Below, in pieces: positions 24,133 through 35,875 of a stretch of DNA of 64,000 nucleotides (the first letter of the stretch is position 1; each line of letters begins with the position of its first letter). The notes beneath the pieces were generated by a model. The model was not told where the DNA came from. It searched no databases and saw only the letters and a list, made by a program, of their open reading frames with translations. The translations under genes were made by a program, and so were the position numbers. The stretch comes from Oikopleura dioica (Eukaryota; Animalia; Chordata). The DNA is taken from contig OU015569.1 in assembly GCA_907165135.1 (NCBI GenBank), forward strand, positions 1,240,001-1,304,000, in the 5' to 3' direction.

Positions 24133-27100
24133 ATGACAACGGAAATCGGCGAGAAAGAAACAACCGCGGAAGAACGTCTACGCGACAGGCTGGGCGACAG
24201 GAGCGATGAGAAGAACGACGAGGAGAAGGTCGAGGAGCTCTTCGCGGCCAGCCAAGGTAAGCAAGGGCAGAAAGACAAGAGCAGGAGAGGGATTAATCGC
24301 CGCTCAAGGAAACAATAGAATCGGGCTGGCTAGTTTCGAAAGGGGCGGGCAGCAGCGCTGAAATCGGTGAAAAAGCGCCGCGGGGCGAAAAATCCAGTCG
24401 ACGGATCCGGTCCACTGGCCGCTGACTTTTTCTTTATTATTGGTACTCAACTTTTTGCGAGATCAAGCCTGCCCCACTCCTTTTAATCCGCAATTAATAC
24501 TCGTTAACAGAATCGGCAATAAATATGTAACAAAGAAGCAATTATCGATGTCGAAAGAAGTACCTTTTTTAAAGATGTTCTTTTTTTAACAATGTCGCAG
24601 TGGAACACACTGGAATGCTTTAAGAAAGAATTAATCACCTTTGATCGGCTTGCATTCGCCAGAGTCGGGGTAAATTATTTATACTGCTCTTGGATCAATA
24701 ATAATCGATTCTGGTTTATTCTCGCCGCTGATAGAACTTTACCTATCAAAAGGTTGACGCTAATCGCCTCACACACCCTTGCAATATAACATCGCGAAAA
24801 AGTGCCACCAATTAAAATTTAACGCGATAAATAGTATTAGAGCTAGCTTCAAATCTTTGTACAGGCAAGACAGTTCTGTATAACCTTAGGAGACATAAAA
24901 ACCGCCATCCTGATCGATTACACTGTTTACGAGACAAAGACGAAAATAAATAAAGAAAGTAATACACAAAAATAAAGTATTTTGGACTTTTCGTCTATCT
25001 CCTGATGATTATTTACATCGATCAATTACGCGTCGAGTTTCTTCTTTCTGGAGAAAAGAAAGGAAACTCTGTTGGTTTTGGCAGTTTACAGCCACACGCG
25101 CGTTTTTATTTGACTAGTCCTAAAATTATTGAATATTTTTTTTGTTAGATTCATGAAACTATCGCCCAAGGATTTGGCCAGCGGTAAACTTTTATGTTAC
25201 CTTTTTCGTGGCGGCTTTGTGGATTCGCGAGAATATCAGCTGATTGAGCGTTTTTAGAGGCGAACTGCGACCGAAGAAAACGGAAATCGACGGACGAGTC
25301 GCCAGAGGTGGCTCTGAAGCGGACGAAGTACGAGGGCGGCGAGTCCGAAGAAGGCGACTCGCCCAACTCAGGCAGCTCGTCCAGCTCGAGCACTTCCGGC
25401 GTGGACCTTGCCTACGCCACTGAAGAACTCGAGGAGGTATTGCGCCAACATGAGTGCTTAGATTTACAGATTTTGTTAGGAATCGACGAAAAGCTCGAGC
25501 GACTCTGTGATCAAGAGTCTCAACGACTTCAAAGTGTTCGAGTACGACGAATGCGCGCGCAGCAAAAATAGCGCCATCAAGGGAGCGGAGAACGCGTGCG
25601 AAGCCAAGAAAAAGAAGAAAGCACGCCCCGCACGCTCGATCAAGTTCACCGTCGTGCGCGAGTTCAAGTTCCCACGCGCTCAGAGCTTTGTCACTATGCC
25701 CACTAATGGCGGCTACTCCTTAGGAATGGGTAAGTCCTTAACATAAAGGCACAATTTGTAAACCCTTCTTTCAGAAAAACGCCACATGAGCGGGCGAGAA
25801 GTGAGCCTGGACCGGTACCGAATCGAGCGAGAACGCTCGCGTCGACGAAAATACCGACGTTGGTACCAGAACCGCCAGGTAAAGCCCCCTGTCTTTTCCT
25901 TCGCCAGCGATGCTAAATCTGCGACTTTTGCTTATTAATGAGATCATTTAAATGTTTCGCGCGGAATCGATCAGTGAAATTAAAAATTGATAAACGTCCT
26001 GCCGTTTTTTACCTTGAGAATAGTTTTCGCGTAATTTGCAGAAATAGGAATTGTTGAAATCAAGGAAGACTCATCTTGACTTTCAGTTGGACGTGGAAAA
26101 CGACAACTCCGATTCGGACTCTGAAAACGAGAATGAAGAAAGCATGGCTCCGAATAGTGGATTCTGTCTGATGCCTGTCCCTCTCGAGCGGAGGAAGCAG
26201 TTGCTCGCGTCGAGCTCGTCCGAGCTCAGCGAGCAGCAGCGCCTCGAGAACGAGCAGCAATTCGCCGAAATCAATCTCAGAAGCTCGCGAGAGAACTGTG
26301 GCTGCAACTGCCAAAACATTTGCTATCCCGAATCCTGCGAGTGCCACATCAATGGCATTGGATGCCAGGTAATCTTGCTTTCTCACAGAAATTACTTCAA
26401 AAACACGATTTATATTACAAAACTAATAATCAAACAAAGAATATGAAGAGATTCTCAATAGCCACAATATTCTCTATTGACGCAGAAAAAAAATTAGTCA
26501 AAAAGGTGTGACTCAGCATTCTTTTGCGTTCGCAAAGTGATGACTCATCGCGCAAATATTCTCCATCGCGACTAAAAAAAAAAGAGAATTATAGACGATG
26601 ACTCTTATCTTTAATAAAAAAGCGAATCGAATAATCATTCGATGGGATTTTACTACTTTCAGTAGTCATGATTTCCGTTCAGGTCGATCGCCAGTACTTT
26701 CCCTGCGGATGTCTTCCGAAGAACTGCTACAACAAGTTCGGACGCACGTCTTTCAATGTCGACCGAGTTCGCGCGCATCTCCAGCGCACTCTCCACCGCG
26801 TAAACGTAACTTTCAATTTCGTTTCGCCAAACCTAACTTGATCCTTTTTCGCCAGTCGGGGATCCCTTTCGAAGAGAGCCCAAGCAATCCGAATGAGCAA
26901 AACAGCAATGAGCAGCAGTCCTTTTCTTTCGGCGACCATACACTGCCATGTGGAAACCCGCCGCCAGTAAATAACTTTGGAAACAGTCTCTGGAATCAGT
27001 GCTACTCGTGGAGCGACTACACTGCCTATGACTACTGCAACTCGTACAACAGCGGTAGCGTAGATTGACTTGATCCAGTGTTTTATCGCTTCGATTTTAG

Positions 27101-27432
27101 GGAGCTCGTACCACCAGATGACGCCACACCAACCGTCCAGTACGGGCATCGAGCAGTACAATGTCAACCCTGTTCTTTCGGCTCAGAACGAACCGAGCGA
27201 GCAGCTGAGCGAGAGTTCAGAATCCGCCTTTGGAGACGACAACATGGTCTCTCCTCAACCCCCTCAAACAGATGGTTAGATCGCAGCTAGAGAGCAACAA
27301 GAATGACCTTTTTCTTCAGAATCTGGATTCCAGGCGCCCAACACAGGCCCGCTTGGACTGGAAACGTCGATCCAACTGCCGTACCAAGAGGACTCAAACC
27401 ATTCGGTGCCATTATCCGTCGGGTCCGAGTAA
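24133..27432 (+). CDS. CSRNP: Cysteine/serine-rich nuclear protein (CSRNP/Axud1 family)
   Basis: IKFTVVREFKFPRAQSFVTMPTNGGYSLGM and LMPVPLERRKQLL..SRENCGCNCQNICYPESCECHINGIGCQ|VDRQYFPCGC..FNVDRVRAH match the CSRNP_N domain. Introns are GT-AG. Confidence 0.9.
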
Positions 27433-28532
27433 AATAGCCACTCTGTACTTTTTTTGTAAATTTGATCGTTCAACTCTATCCGCAGCCTCGACTTTTTCTA
27501 AAAAGTAATTTCGTGTTCTTACTTTCCGCAAAACAAAAGACAACTTTTCATTCAATCTTTATTTTTCTCCTTCTTTCCAATCTTTACAGATTAATTCTAG
27601 CGTTCTCTTTCGTACAGGGAGATAAACATACTTAAAGTATTTATTCAGTTTTCGACAACTCCCAAAAAGTCCTCTTCATTCCCAATATTTCTATTTTTCG
27701 CGCTGTTCGAATATTTCGCATAAATCTAGTTCCGAATGCTAAAACTCACACCAAACCAAGCAAACCAAACGATGGGAAGTAAATTCCCAAAAGTTCAATC
27801 AACAAGAAAAGCAACGAAATTAACCTTGAGAAGATTCTTTCTCCTGACTCTATCTTTTCTGAGATTCTTTTCTGGCCTGAAAATCTTCCTATAAAGCAAA
27901 GAATTAATGATGACCCATTCTTTTTATCTATATATTTTTTTCGCGCCTATCACAATACGCCGTCTGTCCATAACGTTTTCTCTTTTCGGAAAACGAGTGT
28001 TTCCACAAATCGCCGCCTCAACAACTTTTAATTTCCCAAAAAAGAATTACCACTACTCCCTTAACTATTCCATTCTATGCTCCTCCAGGAGAGGCCCCAA
28101 TCCACGTCCACAGTCGCCGGGTCGGTTTCGTGAATGTCATTTGAAAACCGTTTTTGCCCGCAGTGGCGAAATGTGGCCCTGGAAGCCCTCTTCATACCTT
28201 TTTTTTTCTAGCGGAACGTTACAGCTCTCACTCTCCAGGATGCATTTTACACACAATCGCTTCTTCCCTTAAAAACATTAGCAAATGTCTTCAAGCTGAT
28301 ATTCCTCTTGTTCAACCTCGACGAGATTAGACCCAACGACAAGTACAAGCTTTGTAACTTATATACAATCTCCTCTTTTAAAACTTATCTTTGTTTGGGA
28401 GCTTCAAGCTTCGTAATCCCATACTGAAATTTGAAGCCCAGCATAGGCATCCCAAACACAGACAGCACCTTATTCCAAACTCCTAAATCAACCGAAACAA
28501 GTTATGAAGCTATCAAGTTATTTTGCAAAGTA

Positions 28533-28689
28533 CAGTCAGGTCTTGCAATTGCGCGACCTGCAATTGCGCGGTTTTTTGGGAAAATCCGATACACAATTTG
28601 CACTATTTAGTGCATTTTAGGGCTTGCAATTACGTGGTTTTTAGCCAAAATCCCGAAAATAAAAACCGCGTAATTGCAAGACCTGACTG
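28533..28689. mobile_element. Tc1/mariner-type MITE (157 bp)
   Basis: 18-bp TIR CAGTCAGGTCTTGCAATT flanked by TA on both sides (28531-28532, 28690-28691). Internal TGCAATT repeats. Confidence 0.9.
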
Positions 28690-29076
28690 TATAATTATAT
28701 TATTCAAGAAATTCACAACCTAGAGTCACAAGCAATTTTCTATTCTATTCTATGATGTTATTTTCTGAGCAGTTTCAACTTTTTAAGGCCGCTAACAAAG
28801 AGCTTCTGTACGTCTTTCCTGTAGAAACATTGTAAAACGTCAAAAACAAATATTCAAAAAAAAAGAAAAACTTGCTGTTGTTTGCCTCTTCTTTGCAATG
28901 AAAAAATAGACATCAGAGCATAAGCTTTACGTATTCAGACTAGAATAGCGTTAGACTAGATCGATTTGTTACTCTCGGTACCTACTGTAGTTAATACTTA
29001 CCGGGACAAATCGAGGTGCAACCCATCTCGCGGTTCTTTTTCGTCATCGCTCTCTTTTTGTCAGTAGACTTTCTTC

Positions 29077-29332
29077 TGAAGGGATCCTAGCTTCTGCTGA
29101 ATCTCCCACTTCTAGCGTAGTTTGCCTGCTCTCTATATCTGGACGAGTGAAGAAAACGAGTAAAGTATCTTTGACGTCTGTATTTCGAGCTGGAGTAAAA
29201 TAGAGGTTAATTCACGAACTGCGTGAATTACCGAATGGAGAGAAATACACGGCGGCGACCGAGCAAAGCTCGATCTAGATAAGCAAGTGACCTTAGGGGA
29301 CGAGGGAGTCTAACGAATCTAAGATCCCAATA
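29077..29332 (-). repeat. 3' LTR
   Basis: Direct repeat of 35310-35565. Sense termini TATTGGGATC...GATCCCTTCA. Confidence 0.97.
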
Positions 29333-29340
29333 CCCCCCAT
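29333..29340 (-). promoter_or_regulatory. Polypurine tract
   Basis: ATGGGGGG on the element sense strand, abutting the 3' LTR. Confidence 0.8.
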
Positions 29341-29641
29341 GAGACTGAAACGTCCTCTAAGGCCAAAGTGTGTGATTTTTGCAGGAGTATAAGCGTAAGA
29401 TGAGTAACATGGCAGGTTCGAAACGTCGAGGCAGTCTGATTCGCGTTAAAAAACCCTTTTTTGGGAAAAAGCTTGAATCAGATGCGAAGTTTTCGTGATG
29501 TCCGAGCGGTGATGACATGAAGGAGTAGCTGCACATGTAGAAGAACTCAAAATACGTCGGCGACGGTAAACTGTGATAATTTCCGTACCTTTTCAGGCCC
29601 CGGTCGATGAATAGGGGACCTGAGTGGGGCAGTACTTGCGC

Positions 29642-31323
29642 TTAGTCGTATGACTGACCCGAGTTTGTGCCGATGTTTAGAGGTTCGACGGGCCTCGTTT
29701 CACGGTGTGCTCGTTTTGTATGTTTCGGGAGATGAGCTGCTCCAACTTCGGTTAAAGTCGCATTCGGATCGGCGCCGGCTGAGTATTGACGATCTGGTGA
29801 AGACTTTGGACGGGTTCTTTTCTTGCTGTTTTCAGTTGCTGAGCCCTCAACTACTGTTGAATTTTGTTTATCGACTGACATATGGCTATTGTCGGGCGCA
29901 GCAACCTCCGAAATCACTGTAGCATCAGCTGACATGTCCTCGGCAGTTTCATAAAGAGTACCACCAGAGTACCAGCGATCTGACGGCTCGGCTGGAGCTA
30001 CCGACGAGTCCAAAATAGATGTAGCGGTTGTATCTCCCAGATTTTCCATGTCCAATCGGCGTCTACTTTCCAAAATAGGTGATAGAGATGATCTTGGCGG
30101 TTTTTCCATAGCAACCATCGGAGTCGACGCGACCTGAGAAGATTTCCTCCCCCCATGCGACTTCGACCCGGACTTTTCCATCGGTTTGGAAGTAGGAACA
30201 GGCGATTTTTGTGGGACTTTCGACTTAACGATTTCGGTTAAATGTGGGAATACGTACTCGGCCTCGTAGTAATCAATCCAGCGTAAGTCGTGATTTCGTT
30301 CTGCGGCGTGAACCACGTGTTCTCGATGGATGAAATCACGTTGTCCTTTTTTATCTTCGACCATGACGACCCAGTCGTTGCTCGAAACGGCTTTCAGGGG
30401 ACCTACCCAGCGTTCCTTCTTGCTTTTAGCGTCGGTCAGGTTTTCTCGCTTAATGTACACGACAGCGCCAGCGGGGATTGGTCTCGGCTTAGGCTCGTTT
30501 TTCAGCCTGTGCTCCATGGCTCGGTCAGCAGCTTCCATCGCAGTTTTCACAATGGCTTCCGCCGATTTCGCTAAAGCTCCCACATTGAGACCAAACACCT
30601 GAGGTGTTTCCGCTGTCATTTCTGCGCCAGTAGAGTGGGTGAAAGTACTTTTTCGGCCAAACCAAACTTCTCGCGGTGAAATTTTCGTGCTTTTGTTTTT
30701 CACACTATTGAGCGCGCGCATCACGTGGGGAACGCAGTCGGCCCAAGTTTTTCGACCGGAAGATGAGTTGACCATGCAGAATAGACTGTTTTTGATAGTC
30801 CGATTCGCTCTTTCTGCGAAAGCGTTTGATTGAGGGTGAAATGCGGTACTTATTGTATGTTTTATCTGGTTAAGCTTACACATTTCGTCAATCACGCTTG
30901 CGCAGAAGTGGGTACCTCTGTCACTGTGTAGATGTTTCGGCAAGAAATCCATGGGAAGGAAGACCTTGTAGATGAGCGCTTTTGCAGCGCAGATAGCAGT
31001 GTCGGACCGCGTCGGAATGCACCAAGTGTAGCGAGAGAAAGTGTCCGCCACCACCAAATAATACTTGAATCCGCCAGCGGGAGGCATACAAGCGAAATCG
31101 ATCTGAATCGATTCGCCAGCTGTTTTTCCACGACGAAGGGTTCCAAGTGGCGGTTTGGTACGAGTTCCAGCAGATCCTTTTCTGCGTAGGCAAGGGACGC
31201 AGCTGTGGACGTAGTTAGAAACATCGTCTTGAAATGAAGGCCACCAAACGTCCTCTAATCGCTCTAAAGTCCGCGGCTCGCCCAGATGACCGGACAAGTC
31301 GTGAGCTAGAAAGAGAAAGTGAC
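29642..31323 (-). CDS. Retrotransposon integrase with long low-complexity tail
   Basis: HHCC finger AHDLSGHLG..CVPC, catalytic core IDF..SDRG..AER, GPY/F-like WVGPL. It is in the -1 frame relative to gag-pol. Confidence 0.93.
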
Positions 31324-34300
31324 TTTTACCGCTTCCGGTACCACCGCCCGCGCGCCAGATTTGAATTGACACATCAAGCACCCGGTAGTGTTATCCAGGA
31401 ACAGAGCTTTTTCCATCTTGAGTAGAGACGATTGTCGGTGGTCGGAGTCCTTCACCAGCGATTTTATGTCCAGTGGCTCCTTACCAGATTCCAGAAAAGT
31501 GATGATTGCACTCAGAGCAGAGTCCTCCCTTTGATAGTCCAGAATGTTATTATAATTCGCTGACACCAACGGAATCTCCATTGGCGCCGCGATAGCCTTG
31601 ACGTTTACCTTATGTATCTTCACCTCTGATAAAGTGATTTTCTCCGGAAACTGATTTTCGTTCCAGAAAGGGACGAAGACACGTACTGGTGAATTCTTGT
31701 CGATTTCGTACTCGCGACCAACGGGAAACTCAGAGTCGTATCCAAGTGATTTGTCGTCCTCGCCAGGTCTGCGGCTCATAAAGTCGGCGAATTGATTTTC
31801 TGATCCCTTGATGTAGACAATGTGAAAATCGAATTCTTCCAATCGGCTTTGCCATCGGCTTATTTTAGAATTCTTGAACTTCTTTTTGTGTAGGAAGATC
31901 AAAGATCGGTGGTCTGTGTGAATCTGAAAGAATCTACCTTTCAGGAGCTTTTCCAGTCGCTCGCAGCACCAGACAATGCTAAACATTTCCTTTTCTGAAG
32001 TGTTCCATTTTCTTTCAGCTTTGTTGAAGGTGTGGGAAATCGCGCTTACTAGGTGCACTCTCCCGCCATACTCTTGTAGCAGGACGCCACCCGCTGCGTA
32101 CAGGCTCGCGTCTGTGTAGAGATGAAAAGACTCGTCAAAGTTAGGAAAACTTATGACTGGAGTCTCGGAGAGTCGTCGTTGAATTTCCTTGAGCGCCAAA
32201 TCCGCTTCTTTGGTCCACTTGAAACAATTTGTTTCGTTCGCCGAATTTCGAACATCGTTTATGGGCTTCATTCTGCTCGAGAAGCAACCGGATGAAATAG
32301 CTTCGCCCATTTTCGTTTCTAGAAAACCTCGGATCCAATTCAATGACCCGATTAATGAAGCTAACTCCTTTTGGGAGCGTGGGGGTTTCATCTGACGAAG
32401 AGCGGAGACTTGCGCAGGGTCCGGTTTGATTCCATCTTCGTTGATGATTCGGCCCAAAAAGTGAGCTTCGGATTGTAGGAAAGAGCACTTTTCGCCCTTG
32501 AGTTTAGCGTTAAACTTGCGGAGCGCGATGAATAGGTTTCGGAGAGTGTTGTAATAGCAGCTGAAAGTCTTCCCAAAACACACTATGTCATCGATATAAG
32601 AAAGCATCTTTTTCCTGGTGGGGCTTGAGTCGAGAATTGTGTTTACGACGCGCGAGAATATATTCCCCGAGCATCGATAACCGAATGGTAGTCTGCAGAA
32701 GGCGTAAGATTTCCCACCCCACTGGAAGGAAGTCTTGTACCTGTCGCTTTTCTTTACAGGGCACTGCCAATATCCACTTCGTAGATCAACTGTGGCGAAA
32801 AACTTATTGCCCGGTCCAATGTTCGCAATCGTATCCTCCATGCTTGGGAGATGGTAAGGGTCGGATTTGTCGGAGAGGCATTTGTTCAGGCTGTTTTTGT
32901 AGTTGATGCAGAAGCGCATTTCCCCAGATTTCTTAGGAATAGGCAATACCGGGCTGTTAAACCCTTTCTGGTCTTTGATCTCTTCTATTATTTTCGTTTC
33001 GAGCAGTTCGGAGATGTGATCGCTGACCTGACCATGAAAAGCTTGCGGAATCGGGTGTTGACTGATGTTTCGACTCGTACCATCAGTCGGGATTTCGATC
33101 TCGAACGGGAATTCACCCATTTTTTGACCGTCGCAGCCGAATCTGTCGTCGAATTCCAAACACAGCTCGGCGACCATCTTCTTTTGCCCCGGGTCTGCGT
33201 CTGCTGGTAGGGTTATTCCGAGTTTTTGCTTCGCTAGCTGAATGGGGCACCTGGCTGCGTTCTTGTTCGGCGCGTCCAGCTTTGGGACTTCTCGTGGTGG
33301 TTGAGTGCGGGACCGATCGCTGTCTTTGACCGCTGATCTAGTCGTCAAGTATTTCTTGATTTTGGTCCGCTTCACTCCGTCCAGCTTCACCACTTGAGTC
33401 TCAGTTTGTGTGAAGGCTTCGTTGTAGCAAAATGAGAGAGTACGATTCTTATTGTCGACTGTGAAGCTGTCCGTCATCGCATTCTCTAGTATATCGCGGC
33501 CCAGTAGACTTGGGTATTTACTGCCTGGCATAATGGTGAGATTCAGGGAGAATGCAGGGCCACCATTGAATGATAAGCGGCAGGGAAGGATACCCATCGG
33601 CTGCTCGGCGGGAATATTTGGGCTGAAACCGGTGACCTTGAAGGGACAGGGCTTCAGCATCTGGAGAAATTCGTCGGGAACGTAAGCAGCGGACAGACAG
33701 GAGGACTCGGCTCCGCTGTCGACTTCCATCGATACGTCAAAACTTTTAGAGCCCGTAATGATGGTAGCCGAAGCGAAATAAGCCTTTCCTGGTCGCTTCT
33801 TCTTCACTGTGTAAAAGTGAACGTCGAATGGTTGGAAATCTTCAACGTTCTTAGTCGTATTTATCTTCTTGGATTCTGGTTGTTTATCGTCTTTCCCATC
33901 CTTAGAATCGTTGCTGGCGCGCTTAGCATTCTTCTTCTTTTTGTTCTTATTTCTGTTGAAGTGCTGGGAGACGGTCGCGCTGTCAACTCGATTCTGTCTT
34001 GTGGATTGGGCGAGACGGCAGAGTTCGTTGATATCGTAAACTTTTGATAGGCTTGGAAGGATTGCGTTGAAAACGTCTGGTTCTTCTTTCCTAAGATTCA
34101 AGTACAGCATCATCGTCGAGAATATGTCAAATATTTCATCGACCCCGGCGTCGGCTGACTTCTCTTGTCGGTAAGAGTTCAAAGTCGCTTGCTTCGCCTC
34201 GTTCATCTTTTGCAAGACGTTGGCGGTGTAGTGTGCAAACGGCTTCGAATGGTCGTATTCGACGTCGAAAACTTCGCTTAGCTTCAGTAAGTAGTGACTC

Positions 34301-34794
34301 TTCGCGGCGAATGATTTCTCTAGCAGCGCCTTGGCCGATTTCCAGTCTTGACAATTCAGAAATTCGGTTCCAAGTGAGCGTTCGATGTTCAAGTCGAAGT
34401 GGCTGTACACTGCTGCGATGAAAGGCTGTTCACGTGAAGGTCTGTCGCGGACGTAGGCGCGGTGATAAATGTCGGCTCTGCCCAAGAAGGTGTTGAAAGA
34501 TGTGTTGCATGCGGCGTCCAGCTTCGGCAAGTCTTGGACGTGACGAGACCAGGTAGTGGCCACCCATGCTTCTTCTCTCATTGTCGCATTCGTAGAGTCT
34601 TTTCCTTGATCGAGCTCGCAGGTAAGAAGCGTTGTACTGAGCTGTTCTAATTTTACTCTGCTTTCTGTGATCAAGGGCTCTAGGCTTGGCTTTAGTGATT
34701 CGTCATTTCGCACTTGTTCTTCGAGGTAGTTTACTCGATCGTTTATGCTTCTTATTTCGGTGACGGTTTCTAGCAGTGATTTGTTCGCCGCCAT
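31306..34794 (-). CDS. Gag-protease-RT-RNase H polyprotein (1162 aa)
   Basis: Protease VDSGA, RT VDLRSGYWQ..LPFG..YIDD, RNase H YTDAS..EKE..TDHRSL..ADFMSR. No CCHC knuckle seen in Gag. Confidence 0.96.
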   Translation of the reverse strand: MAANKSLLETVTEIRSINDRVNYLEEQVRNDESLKPSLEPLITESRVKLEQLSTTLLTCELDQGKDSTNATMREEAWVATTWSRHVQDLPKLDAACNTSFNTFLGRADIYHRAYVRDRPSREQPFIAAVYSHFDLNIERSLGTEFLNCQDWKSAKALLEKSFAAKSHYLLKLSEVFDVEYDHSKPFAHYTANVLQKMNEAKQATLNSYRQEKSADAGVDEIFDIFSTMMLYLNLRKEEPDVFNAILPSLSKVYDINELCRLAQSTRQNRVDSATVSQHFNRNKNKKKKNAKRASNDSKDGKDDKQPESKKINTTKNVEDFQPFDVHFYTVKKKRPGKAYFASATIITGSKSFDVSMEVDSGAESSCLSAAYVPDEFLQMLKPCPFKVTGFSPNIPAEQPMGILPCRLSFNGGPAFSLNLTIMPGSKYPSLLGRDILENAMTDSFTVDNKNRTLSFCYNEAFTQTETQVVKLDGVKRTKIKKYLTTRSAVKDSDRSRTQPPREVPKLDAPNKNAARCPIQLAKQKLGITLPADADPGQKKMVAELCLEFDDRFGCDGQKMGEFPFEIEIPTDGTSRNISQHPIPQAFHGQVSDHISELLETKIIEEIKDQKGFNSPVLPIPKKSGEMRFCINYKNSLNKCLSDKSDPYHLPSMEDTIANIGPGNKFFATVDLRSGYWQCPVKKSDRYKTSFQWGGKSYAFCRLPFGYRCSGNIFSRVVNTILDSSPTRKKMLSYIDDIVCFGKTFSCYYNTLRNLFIALRKFNAKLKGEKCSFLQSEAHFLGRIINEDGIKPDPAQVSALRQMKPPRSQKELASLIGSLNWIRGFLETKMGEAISSGCFSSRMKPINDVRNSANETNCFKWTKEADLALKEIQRRLSETPVISFPNFDESFHLYTDASLYAAGGVLLQEYGGRVHLVSAISHTFNKAERKWNTSEKEMFSIVWCCERLEKLLKGRFFQIHTDHRSLIFLHKKKFKNSKISRWQSRLEEFDFHIVYIKGSENQFADFMSRRPGEDDKSLGYDSEFPVGREYEIDKNSPVRVFVPFWNENQFPEKITLSEVKIHKVNVKAIAAPMEIPLVSANYNNILDYQREDSALSAIITFLESGKEPLDIKSLVKDSDHRQSSLLKMEKALFLDNTTGCLMCQFKSGARAVVPEAVKVTFSF

Positions 34795-35297
34795 AGCTCG
34801 AAATATATCGGCAGTAAGGGTTTATGGGCCTTGGATTACCTTTCAGGCCCTCAGAAAATACTGCGACTAAAAGTCGCAATATGATGAGCTGAGGTGCCTT
34901 TTGCGCAAACGCCCGACGATTTCTCTGTCCAGCGATTGTCGAAATTTCAAGGTCTGGTCCAAGGGTCGATTCTTCGTAAACTTCTCTCGATTTTTGGTGA
35001 AAAGTGGCGAAAGAATTATGTTTTTCTCAGTATTTTAGGTTTTCCCCGGCGTGCGTGCGTGGTTGCGTGGGCGCGACTTTCGGCGCGTGGGTCGTGGTGG
35101 CGCTCGTGTGGTGGCGCTCGCTCGGGGTGGTGTTGGTGTGGTGCGGCGCGGAAAATTCTCTGAGTGGAGTTTCTCCGGCGGCGCGGTGGCGGTTGGTGAT
35201 TCGGTTCCCCTCGACTCCGCTGACGGCCAATCAGCGTCCAAGTTGCGAAACTTCGGTTGTCGATGGCGGAAAATTTACCTTTTCTCCAACGGGACTA

Positions 35298-35308
35298 CTC
35301 TGATACCA
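35298..35308 (-). promoter_or_regulatory. Primer-binding site TGGTATCAGAG (initiator tRNA-Met type)
   Basis: Lies 1 nt downstream of the 5' LTR on the sense strand. Confidence 0.85.
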
Positions 35309-35309
35309 C

Positions 35310-35565
35310 TGAAGGGATCCTAGCTTCTGCTGAATCTCCCACTTCTAGCGTAGTTTGCCTGCTCTCTATATCTGGACGAGTGAAGAAAACGAGTAAAGTA
35401 TCTTTGACGTCTGTATTTCGAGCTGGAGTAAAATAGAGGTTAATTCACGAACTGCGTGAATTACCGAATGGAGAGAAATACACGGCGGCGACCGAGCAAA
35501 GCTCGATCTAGATAAGCAAGTGACCTTAGGGGACGAGGGAGTCTAACGAATCTAAGATCCCAATA
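35310..35565 (-). repeat. 5' LTR
   Basis: Direct repeat of 29077-29332. Confidence 0.97.
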
Positions 35566-35875
35566 CTTCAAAACAAAAAATGACGAAAATTGGTGTAGGA
35601 TTAATTTCAAATTGGGAAATCGATGTTTCAAACTCGATAAACTCCATACACAGAATTTATATTATTCGTTTATTACGCTATATCGGTGGAGATATGGACG
35701 TCTGTCCTGGAAGGTGCTCGCTGGAGCAGAAATAGCAGGCCAGTTAACGCAAGAGACAGATAATGACTCCGTTGCCTTAGTTTTGTTTTCCTCCGAGATG
35801 AGACGTCTAAGAGCGCGATTCAAACCCAACTGGCCAGTTGTTTTTCAGAATGGAGCAACTCTAAACGTCAGAGAA

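Larger units (their letters stand above)
29077..35565 (-). mobile_element. Full-length Ty3/gypsy LTR retrotransposon (probably Oikopleura Tor-like), no env
   Basis: Two 256-bp LTRs that appear identical by eye, 4-bp TSD CTTC (29073-29076, 35566-35569), PBS, PPT, and gag-PR-RT-RH then IN in gypsy order. Confidence 0.97.

Noticed and set aside
29333-29641. env-like ORF as in some Tor elements
   Set aside because: Only about 300 bp lie between the IN stop and the PPT, with no long or hydrophobic ORF.
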